DNA from: Candidatus Hydrogenedentota bacterium
GTDB lineage: Bacteria; Hydrogenedentota; Hydrogenedentia; Hydrogenedentales; SLHB01
Direction of reading: 5' to 3'
NCBI GenBank assembly: GCA_045863295.1
Contig: BTWA01000001.1
Span: forward strand, 276,337 to 340,336
DNA: 64,000 nucleotides
The position numbers and the translations under genes are program-made. The notes beneath the pieces were generated by a model. The model saw only the letters and a program-made list of their open reading frames with translations. It had not been told where the DNA came from and did not search any database. This document shows positions 56,380-64,000 of this stretch, one piece after another. How positions within the stretch are numbered: the first letter of the stretch is position 1; each line of letters starts with the position of its first letter.

Positions 56380-57285
56380 TTACCGCTTAACGCCGTGGGT
56401 GACGATGGCGGCGGCGTAAGGCCATACGTACCGGCCGCCGGTCATCGCGCGCAAGGCAATCCCGGGCGCTTTTACCGCCCATATGGCGTAGGCACCCAGT
56501 TTCGACGGGCTGGCGTAAGGCCGAGCGATGTCGGTTTCGATTTCCGTGTAGCCGGCTTCCCGGAAATACCGGGGCAATGTGCGTGGGGAGAAATCGTAGA
56601 GGTGGCGCGGGGCTTCGAAGGCAATCTTCGGCCCAAACGGCAATCGGCGCGACAACGTGAAGAAGTGCTGGATATACGGCACCTGAATCAGCAACAGCCC
56701 GCCGGGCTTGATCCACCGCGATACACGGTCCATGGTGGCGCGCGGATCCTTCACGTGCTCGTATACGGCAATCAACGTCACGCAATCCATGCTTTCCGGG
56801 GCGATGTCCGCTTCTTCAATCGTGGCCTGTTGAATGACGGCTCCGTGCACGTTCGTACGCGCATAGGCCGCCGCATTGCCGCTGACTTCGAGGCCGTGCA
56901 GCGTCCAGTTGCCGCCCGCCATGGATTTCAGGAAGTTGCCGTAGCCGCAACCGACATCCAGCAACTGGCCGCCTTGCGGTTTGCGTCTGTTCACGATTCC
57001 GCGGAGATGCCGCTCCACCGCGCCCAGCGAAGCGACCTTTGCTGCTTCGTCGCCCGCTTCGAGATACATGCCCTCGTAGAATTTGGGCAGGGCATCGAAC
57101 GTGGGTTGCGGATTCACGTATACCAGCGCGCACTTCACACACCGGCGAATCTGGTAGCCCGACTCTTCACCCAACAGACGGTACTGATCGCTGCCGCACA
57201 GATTGCAGTTGACAGGTTCTGTGTCCACATTCTCAAACGGATGATCGAATGCGGTGTAAAACGACTTCTTGACGGATTGCGGCAT
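56380..57285 (-). CDS. Class I SAM-dependent methyltransferase with an N-terminal Zn ribbon
   Basis: CNLCG..CVKC; LLDVGCGYG; VYEHVKDP; KPGGLLLIQVP; PRHLYDF. Confidence 0.9.
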   Translation of the reverse strand: MPQSVKKSFYTAFDHPFENVDTEPVNCNLCGSDQYRLLGEESGYQIRRCVKCALVYVNPQPTFDALPKFYEGMYLEAGDEAAKVASLGAVERHLRGIVNRRKPQGGQLLDVGCGYGNFLKSMAGGNWTLHGLEVSGNAAAYARTNVHGAVIQQATIEEADIAPESMDCVTLIAVYEHVKDPRATMDRVSRWIKPGGLLLIQVPYIQHFFTLSRRLPFGPKIAFEAPRHLYDFSPRTLPRYFREAGYTEIETDIARPYASPSKLGAYAIWAVKAPGIALRAMTGGRYVWPYAAAIVTHGVKR

Positions 57286-57437
57286 GGCCCTATGGTAGCG
57301 TGTATCCCCATGTGCGGGCAATGAACGTATACGCGACATCCTGTCGCGTCCGTGGACCTGCATGCGGATGGGATGTCTATGGGCAAATACACTTGCCTGA
57401 CCGCGAAGGGTTCTGCGGAAGCGGCAGGATGCCGCTT

Positions 57438-59684
57438 CTACTTCGGGTCCTCGTCATTCTGGCTTGACCGGCAGATGAGCATGGGGGCGGAGAGCTCGGG
57501 TATCTCGAAGCCGATTCGCCAGAGACAAAGCGAACCGTCCGCGCCGGGGGAGAGCGCGGTATTTTCATCGCCACTCAAGCTGATGGGCGACGACCCGGCA
57601 AAAGTATGGAGGCAGCGGCCCGAACGAATTTCCCACAGTCGCATGGTGGCATCGGTGGTGCCCGTGACCGCGTAGCGGCCCTTCTTGCTCAGGCAGATGG
57701 ATGTCAGCGGCGTGCTGTGCAGCCGCCGCGATGCCATGTGTTTGCCGGTGGAGAGTTCCCAGATGTCGATGTACCCTTTGTCTGTGCCCGAAGCCAAGTA
57801 GCGCCTGTCACCGCTCACGGCCACGCAATGGGGATAGCCGGACTTCGTTCTGTATTCGCGCACGCAGTTCCCGGTCTCCAGTTCCCAGAGCCGCAATGCG
57901 CCGTCTTTTCCCGCGGACACGATGGTGCGATTGTATTCACCGATGGCCATGGCCGTCACGCCGTTGGCGTGAGCCACGATTGTCTTTAAGGTACGGCCCG
58001 ACTGCCGGTCCCATACGCGGATCGTTCCATCCACACTGCCCGATACCACGGCGCGTCCATCCTCCGTGAACAGCACGGCGAGCACCGGCTTCGAGTGATC
58101 TTTCAACACATGCTCGTCGCCGATTGCGCTCATCGGCCACAGGCGCACCACGCCATCCTTGCCACCGCTGGCCGCCTGCATGCCGTCGGCGCTGAGTTCG
58201 ATGCATCGCACCTGGCCCTTGTGCCCGGTGAAGCTTTGGATGAGCGTGCCGTCGTTTACGTTCCAAACGTTGATCTCTCCCGGCCCCTCCGAGGGCCCTC
58301 CCGCGGACAGGGCAAGGGCGCCATCCCAACTTAGTTTCAAAGCTTTGACCACTTTGCCGGATTCGCCGAATTTTTTTTGCAGTTTGCGGGAGGTGTCGAT
58401 GTTGGCCTCGGCGGTTTGAATGGCCTCCTGAATTTCGTGTCCTTGCAGTTCGCGCACTTCCAGATGCTTGAGAACGTTCGTGGCGCTTTCACAGTCGCCG
58501 CGCTCCAGGTGTACGTGAGCGAGCATGTAATGCGGCATCCAGGATTTCGGATACCGCTCGTGCAAGCCTTTGATATGTTTCAACAAGGTCAAATCGGTGA
58601 TTTTGCCGGTGCGCCAACAGTGCAGGGCCTGGTTGTAAGACGCTTCAAGGTGATGGGGTGTCAAATCGAGGGCTTGTTTCCAGAGCTTCGCCGCTTCTTC
58701 CCGGTTTCCAAGGTCCAACAGCGACACGGCCCGGTTGTTGACCTCGTCGGCCGTGTTGACCTTGGCCTCGGGAACGATCCGCGGATATGGTTTTCCCGTG
58801 TGCTCCTCGTAGAGATCCTTGAGTGACTCCACCAGTACCGGCATGCCTTGCGGACGATTTGCAGGGTTGATCTCAAAGCATTGCCTCAAAATCAGCATCA
58901 GCTTCTCCGGCATGGGCGGAATGTAGTCCCGCTCGGGTCCCAACTCCAGATATCCATCCAGAACCTGCGGCGCGGTTTGCCCGGCCATCCAGGTAACCTC
59001 GCCCATGAACATCTCGAGTATGAGCAGACCGAAACTCCAGACGTCCGTGGCTACGGTAATGGGATCGCGGGTGGCATGTTCCGGCGAGAAATAGACTGGT
59101 GTGCCCTGGGGCGCACTGGTGCGTTCCGTACCGGTGGCCGCTTGCAATGCGCGGGCCAATCCGAAATCGGTGACCTTGGCCATGCCTTCCGGCGACATGA
59201 GCACGTTGGCGGGCTTGACGTCCTGATGCACAATCCCATGGGCGTGGGCATGCTGGAGGCCCCACGCGACTTGAATCATGAGATCGAACATGCGCGGGAG
59301 GGCCTGCCGCGCCCCGCCCCGGTACAGGTAGCCCCGGCTAATCCACGTGTGGATCGTACCCCCTGAAACGAACTCCGCGAACACGCGCGGAATGCCGCCC
59401 AGGCGCCGGACGTAGAAGCAACTCACGACGTGTGGATGCAGCCCAAGGCTGACCCAGGTGGAACATTCACGCTCGAACAACTCCGCGCCCCGGCTGTGGC
59501 CAATAACGTCCGGATGCGGGCTCTTGACGGCCAATTCGGTGTCCCAGCCGCGATGGCGGACACGGTAGACCGTGCCCATGCCGCCGCGTCCTAGAACCGA
59601 CTTCACCTCGTAGAGATTGAGGATCACATCGCCCGGTTTCCATTCAGCCGGGGCTCTATCTTCCACGGTATTTAGATTTGGCAT
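57438..59684 (-). CDS. Hanks-type Ser/Thr kinase with TPR and WD40 repeats
   Basis: LGRGGMGTVY, AVKS, HQDVKPANVL, DFG, SPE, DVWSFG; TPR helices; GH..V...SG..DG..R.W repeats. Confidence 0.93.
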   Translation of the reverse strand: MPNLNTVEDRAPAEWKPGDVILNLYEVKSVLGRGGMGTVYRVRHRGWDTELAVKSPHPDVIGHSRGAELFERECSTWVSLGLHPHVVSCFYVRRLGGIPRVFAEFVSGGTIHTWISRGYLYRGGARQALPRMFDLMIQVAWGLQHAHAHGIVHQDVKPANVLMSPEGMAKVTDFGLARALQAATGTERTSAPQGTPVYFSPEHATRDPITVATDVWSFGLLILEMFMGEVTWMAGQTAPQVLDGYLELGPERDYIPPMPEKLMLILRQCFEINPANRPQGMPVLVESLKDLYEEHTGKPYPRIVPEAKVNTADEVNNRAVSLLDLGNREEAAKLWKQALDLTPHHLEASYNQALHCWRTGKITDLTLLKHIKGLHERYPKSWMPHYMLAHVHLERGDCESATNVLKHLEVRELQGHEIQEAIQTAEANIDTSRKLQKKFGESGKVVKALKLSWDGALALSAGGPSEGPGEINVWNVNDGTLIQSFTGHKGQVRCIELSADGMQAASGGKDGVVRLWPMSAIGDEHVLKDHSKPVLAVLFTEDGRAVVSGSVDGTIRVWDRQSGRTLKTIVAHANGVTAMAIGEYNRTIVSAGKDGALRLWELETGNCVREYRTKSGYPHCVAVSGDRRYLASGTDKGYIDIWELSTGKHMASRRLHSTPLTSICLSKKGRYAVTGTTDATMRLWEIRSGRCLHTFAGSSPISLSGDENTALSPGADGSLCLWRIGFEIPELSAPMLICRSSQNDEDPK

Positions 59685-59730
59685 ACCCAGTCGCTTGCAT
59701 TCCGTGCCGGTAGCATCAATCGCGTATATG

Positions 59731-60558
59731 CTACGTCAATCCGACAGCCGGATACACATCGGCCACGTCCGGCCAGGGTTGCTTTGCGACAACCCGCACA
59801 TGCGAACCGCGCGGCGCCCACACTGTGGGGTTGGTTGGACCGAAGAGGGCGACGGTGGGGCAGCGCACGGCGGCCGCCAGGTGCGTGATGCCGCTGTCGT
59901 TTCCCACATAGACCCGAGCGTCCGCGAGGCGCTGTGCGAGGGCTTCCAGATTGGATTCGCGGATGACCTTGGCCAGGGGCGGATACCGAAGGTCCGTCTC
60001 GGCCGGACCCGCGATAAATGCCACGGAATGGCCCATGGCATCAATCCCCGCGGCCAACTCTTCGAATCGCTCCATGGGCCAGTTCTTCTTCGGCGAACCA
60101 CTGCCCGGGTGAATCAGCACTTCGCCGGAAGGGTGCCTGTCGAGTTCTATGAACGCGTCAACCGAGTGCACAATCTCCAACTTCGAGAGGTAGTACTCTG
60201 ACGCGTGCCGGGTCCAGTCTTGAGGGGGCAGGCCGGGGTGTATGTGCACGCGGCTCACGCCGGTTTCTCCGCAGCCTCGCGCAATGGCGCAATCGTCGTC
60301 CCGCATCCACACAACAATCCGATCGAAGCGGCTGGCGAATTGTTTCCAGCGCTTACCCGGTGTCGCAAAGATTGATTCAAAACCAGTGCTGCCCAAATTG
60401 TGCGCCGCGTCCGCCCATCCGGCCAGCACGGCGATTTGCAGGCGCTCCGGCTGTCCGGCCAGTTCCACAGGGCCTTCTCTTCGAAGCGCTGCCATGGAGG
60501 GGCCGCACAGGATTAAGTCGCCGATGGCGCCGGTGTGCACGACCAGCGAACGGATCAT
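59731..60558 (-). CDS. GT9 (heptosyltransferase-like) glycosyltransferase
   Basis: GAIGDLIL, IHPGSGSPKKNWP, GNDSGITHLAAA, ALFGPT. Confidence 0.92.
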   Translation of the reverse strand: MIRSLVVHTGAIGDLILCGPSMAALRREGPVELAGQPERLQIAVLAGWADAAHNLGSTGFESIFATPGKRWKQFASRFDRIVVWMRDDDCAIARGCGETGVSRVHIHPGLPPQDWTRHASEYYLSKLEIVHSVDAFIELDRHPSGEVLIHPGSGSPKKNWPMERFEELAAGIDAMGHSVAFIAGPAETDLRYPPLAKVIRESNLEALAQRLADARVYVGNDSGITHLAAAVRCPTVALFGPTNPTVWAPRGSHVRVVAKQPWPDVADVYPAVGLT

Positions 60559-62027
60559 GGCGCTACGATTTCGTAGATGACAATGCGTGCTTCCGCCAAC
60601 GGCGACAGGCCCGCTTCCACCAGTTTAAGTTCGGGCGGGGCGTGGGCGGGATCGAGCAGGGGCTTCAGCGAAGGCACCATCTGCGTGGAGTATCGTTCAT
60701 CCACGACGAAGTAGCGGGCGCCCGCCGCTTGGGCGCGATCGATCGCTTGGTCGAGCGTGTCGGTCTGCGCAGGGCCGGTGGTGGGCATGCCGGCATAGTA
60801 GCCGACTTGCGGCTTGCGCGTGAAGACGAGCCCGGGTTCGAGATGGGCCTTCATCCATTCCCCGGCAATCTTGTATTCAATGGGCTGGTAGGACATGCGG
60901 CCCATCCAGCGCGGTGCCGCCACCGCGGCCATGCCCGCCACAAGCAGGAGTGCGAGCACCCAGACGGGCGCGCGGCGCAGCAGATGATGCTTGTGGCCCC
61001 AGGCGTCTCCGGCGATGATCATGCCACGGCAGGCGAAGATCGAAAGCGCGACGGTGGTTGCCATGAGGTACCGGGGTTCGGCGTGCGTGCTGAGACCCGC
61101 AACAACAAACTGAGCAGACGCCATGAGCAAGAGAAAACATTCGAGCCGGAAGTCGCGTCGAATGGCTGGGTGGGTATGGAGCAGGCCGAATCCCGCGAGG
61201 CAGAGCAGGTAAGGCCCAAGCATAACCGGTAGCGTATGTGAAAAGAGTTGAAGAAACGCTTTGGCCGTGTCTTTACCGCGATCGACAAGCGCGTACTGGA
61301 GCGCTTCGGCGGGTTGACCAATGCGAGGGCTCAATACAAATTCGCCGGTAGCAGCGCGCATCCAGAGGAGATATCCCGCGAACATAGTGGCGAATAACAG
61401 AAGGCCGCTGGCCCAACGGAGTGGGCGTGCTCCGAGTGTTGTGCGGGTTTCACGATCAATCAAGGCAACCGAGGCGGCACAAGACGCAACCGCAATGAGT
61501 ACTCCTTCGGGACGCGTGAGGTGTAACAAGAAATAGAGCACGGCCGGCTTCCAGAATGATCCTTCGCCACGAACGGCTTTCGCGAACGCCAGCAGGCCTG
61601 AGAACCACAGGAGGATTGCCAGTGCATCCGGCGATACGCGGGCGGCACAGTCGACAAGCCACGGCCACAGGATGAACAGCAAGGCCATCACGCGCGCCGA
61701 GGACGGGCCATGCAGCTTGCGCGCGATACCGCAGATGGGCACGAGCGCAAGCGACCCGGCTGCCAGCGAAATGAGGCATGCGGCTGTTTCGAGATGTACC
61801 TGCAAGAGGCCGCCAAGACACGCGGTCAACAGCGGGTACAGAGGAGGGATGCGTGGGTCCGCGCTGAGGAAACCGCCTTCGGCGAAGGTCTGCGCGGCGT
61901 TGAGGTAGTGGATTGCGTCGGCCGTATCAATCACGCGACCCAACAGCAGCCAGTAGGCAATGCGGTACGCGAACGCCGCGAGGACCAGCGCGGCCATTTC
62001 CTTCCACGGTAGACGCGGTTCAGTCAT
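60555..62027 (-). CDS. GT-C fold membrane glycosyltransferase (ArnT/PMT-like)
   Basis: DAIHY, PPLYPLL, LTRPEG, EPRYL; many TMs plus a soluble C-terminal domain. Confidence 0.8.
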   Translation of the reverse strand: MTEPRLPWKEMAALVLAAFAYRIAYWLLLGRVIDTADAIHYLNAAQTFAEGGFLSADPRIPPLYPLLTACLGGLLQVHLETAACLISLAAGSLALVPICGIARKLHGPSSARVMALLFILWPWLVDCAARVSPDALAILLWFSGLLAFAKAVRGEGSFWKPAVLYFLLHLTRPEGVLIAVASCAASVALIDRETRTTLGARPLRWASGLLLFATMFAGYLLWMRAATGEFVLSPRIGQPAEALQYALVDRGKDTAKAFLQLFSHTLPVMLGPYLLCLAGFGLLHTHPAIRRDFRLECFLLLMASAQFVVAGLSTHAEPRYLMATTVALSIFACRGMIIAGDAWGHKHHLLRRAPVWVLALLLVAGMAAVAAPRWMGRMSYQPIEYKIAGEWMKAHLEPGLVFTRKPQVGYYAGMPTTGPAQTDTLDQAIDRAQAAGARYFVVDERYSTQMVPSLKPLLDPAHAPPELKLVEAGLSPLAEARIVIYEIVAP

Positions 62028-62145
62028 GTGTGCCCTTTGATCGAAGTTCACCCCGTGCCCATCGCGGAACTGGGCTATCCTTGAACAGAATGCCTGAAAT
62101 GAATTGACGGAAGCACATCGCGATGCGTGGGGCATTTCGCGCGGG

Positions 62146-63114
62146 TCAGAAGGTCAGCAATATCTTCATGGCCTCCGGCGCCGCGGCCTGACGCAACGCG
62201 GATACCGCTTCACCAAAGGCGAAGCGATGGGTGATCAGCGGTTTCACCGCGACATTGCCCATGGCGAGGGCTTCGAGCGCGGGCTTGAATGGGCCGCACC
62301 GGGAGCCGGCAATCGTTATTTCGTTGATGACAGGCACGCTCAAGTCGGCCTGGGTTTCGCCCGCCACGGTTGTCTTCAATACGATTACGCCTTGCGGCCG
62401 GACCAGTTCCAAGGCCCGGCGCAGGCCGGTTTCGGATCCCGTGGCCTCCACGACATAGTCCGCGCCCGGATCGACGGCGTCGCTGGCAAGCGCGGTGGCG
62501 ATGTTCAGGCGTTGGAGCAAATCGAGTTTCCATGAATGCTTGCCAATGCAGAGCAGCCGCTTGGTTCGCAGCCAGAGTACCTGCGCGATCAATTGCGCGA
62601 GTTTACCGTCTCCGAGAACGATGACGCGATCGGAATCGGAGATAGTGAATTGTTCGAGGATTCGAAAGGCGGCGGCGATGGGTTCTGTGAACACAGCGGT
62701 TTCGTCGTCCACCGCGTCAGGCACGAGGTGCAGATTCTCTTCGGGAAGACTGACGTATTCCGCGAAAGCGCCTTGCCGTTTAAAGATGCCCAGAACGGTC
62801 CGGTTCGCGCAATGGTGCGACATGCCGCGACGGCAAAAGTCGCACTGATGGCACACGCAGTTAATCTCGCCGACGACTCGTTTACCGAGTAGCGCGGGGT
62901 TTTCACATGCTTCCACCACGCCTACAAACTCGTGACCGGGGATGCCCTTGAATCCCATGTAGCCTCGCGCAAGCTCGAGATCGGTGTTGCAGATGCCCGC
63001 TTTGGTGATGCGCAGCATCGCTTCCCCCGGTTGTGGACGAGGGCGGCGTGTTTGGATCATGCGAGGGCCGTCGTTGAACTCTAGGGCGCGCATGGCTGTG
63101 TCTGGTATGGGCAT
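62146..63114 (-). CDS. Zn-dependent medium-chain dehydrogenase
   Basis: GICNTD, GHEFVG, CHQCDFC..HC, VLGDGKLA, GSRCGPF. Confidence 0.92.
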   Translation of the reverse strand: MPIPDTAMRALEFNDGPRMIQTRRPRPQPGEAMLRITKAGICNTDLELARGYMGFKGIPGHEFVGVVEACENPALLGKRVVGEINCVCHQCDFCRRGMSHHCANRTVLGIFKRQGAFAEYVSLPEENLHLVPDAVDDETAVFTEPIAAAFRILEQFTISDSDRVIVLGDGKLAQLIAQVLWLRTKRLLCIGKHSWKLDLLQRLNIATALASDAVDPGADYVVEATGSETGLRRALELVRPQGVIVLKTTVAGETQADLSVPVINEITIAGSRCGPFKPALEALAMGNVAVKPLITHRFAFGEAVSALRQAAAPEAMKILLTF

Positions 63115-63133
63115 TTTGCTACGTCTCCGCCCG

Positions 63134-64000
63134 TTACCGGAATTGAATCCGTCCGAAGGCGCTTTCGCCCGGCGCCCATTGAGAGACTTCTCTTTTCACG
63201 TTGGTGCGATAGCGGATGAACTGCGCTTTCCATTCGCTTCCAGGGGATGGCTCGCCGCCCAACAGGGCAAACGGGATGCGGAATTCCGCGGACCACCCCG
63301 CCGGATACTTACGGCATTCGACTTGCCAGTCGCCGTTCCACAGGGGGTCCCCGCCCCGGCTGTCGTATCGGGCGCCGACCGGGCTGGCCAAAATGCGCAC
63401 GGCAGGCTGGGATCCGTTTTGCAGAACGATTTCGACGGCTTCCTCGGTCCACAGCGGATCGTCGCGATTCAACAAGTCCGCGACGACGGTGTCCATGCGC
63501 GGTTCGCGCGCGTAGATGCCGATGTACAGTGCGTCGGTTGTATGCCTGAGCCAACCGGTGGTTTCCGCTTCCGCGTAGGTGTCGCCGTTGGCCATTCCGA
63601 AGATTTGCGGTTGTTTCGTCCAACCGCTTTCCTTGAAGGTGCCGTCCATGACGGGCGCGTCCGCGGTGAAGCGGGATTCGGCGACGGCCGATTCCTTCAA
63701 TGCGAATAGTCGGATGTTTCTCAGGACAGCTGTTTCTGGTTCGGACGTAACCTTGATGCGAAGAAACTTGGGGCGCACCCCGCTCTTCAACACAATGGGC
63801 CCTTTAATTCCTTCAATCGTTTTGGCGACGCTCATGTCCACGGTCGAATATTGTTTGCCGTCTTCGCTGACGGCCACTTCCGCGGACTGGGAGCCGACCG
63901 TGTCGAAGTCGATGCGAAAGATTGGCCCCGGTGCGGCTTGGAATTCGTAAATGGCGGTGCTTTCGTGGGGTTGATCCTGGAATTCGGGCGTGGCGAACAG
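63134..64000 (-). CDS. 5'-truncated protein with a C-terminal CBM9/DOMON-like sugar-binding domain
   Basis: The frame is open to the window end; APVMDG..E..W, LYIGIYAREP, DDPLWTEEAVEI, WSAEFRIPF. Confidence 0.75.
   Translation of the reverse strand: MFATPEFQDQPHESTAIYEFQAAPGPIFRIDFDTVGSQSAEVAVSEDGKQYSTVDMSVAKTIEGIKGPIVLKSGVRPKFLRIKVTSEPETAVLRNIRLFALKESAVAESRFTADAPVMDGTFKESGWTKQPQIFGMANGDTYAEAETTGWLRHTTDALYIGIYAREPRMDTVVADLLNRDDPLWTEEAVEIVLQNGSQPAVRILASPVGARYDSRGGDPLWNGDWQVECRKYPAGWSAEFRIPFALLGGEPSPGSEWKAQFIRYRTNVKREVSQWAPGESAFGRIQFR

Overview
This is a GC-rich bacterial chromosomal window with no rRNA, tRNA, CRISPR array or transposase. Giant secreted proteins and a short 'PAKA' peptide tentatively suggest Candidatus Hydrogenedentota or a PVC-like lineage (inference only). 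(1) 1-24.8 kb, all + strand: an unusual type IV filament (T2SS/T4P-like) locus. It has H/I/J-like minor pilins, a ~2330-aa GspK/PilX-like pilin, a 2184-aa secreted beta-helix/IPT protein, a PEGA+FGE-domain lipoprotein, a PilM-PilN fusion, PilO- and PilP-like proteins, and a secretin with 18 FG repeats. (2) 24.9-30.6 kb: waaA, a carbohydrate ABC importer, an alpha/beta-hydrolase-like lipoprotein and an SCP2 protein. (3) 30.6-32.3 kb: a long structured intergenic region before a 59-aa (KKKAAP)n histone-H1-like gene that the ORF track misses. (4) 32.6-41.3 kb: a peptidoglycan-salvage cluster (serine hydrolase-NamZ fusion, sugar kinase-MurQ fusion, SpoIID, degenerate AnmK) interrupted by dprA. (5) 41-64 kb: DUF4091/GH123-like protein, small peptide, SSS symporter, H1-tailed IMPase/FBPase, zwf-pgl, acyltransferase, LamG/propeller protein, Ser/Thr kinase-WD40, glycosyltransferases and an MDR dehydrogenase. 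All calls come from reading motifs by eye; no searches were run.
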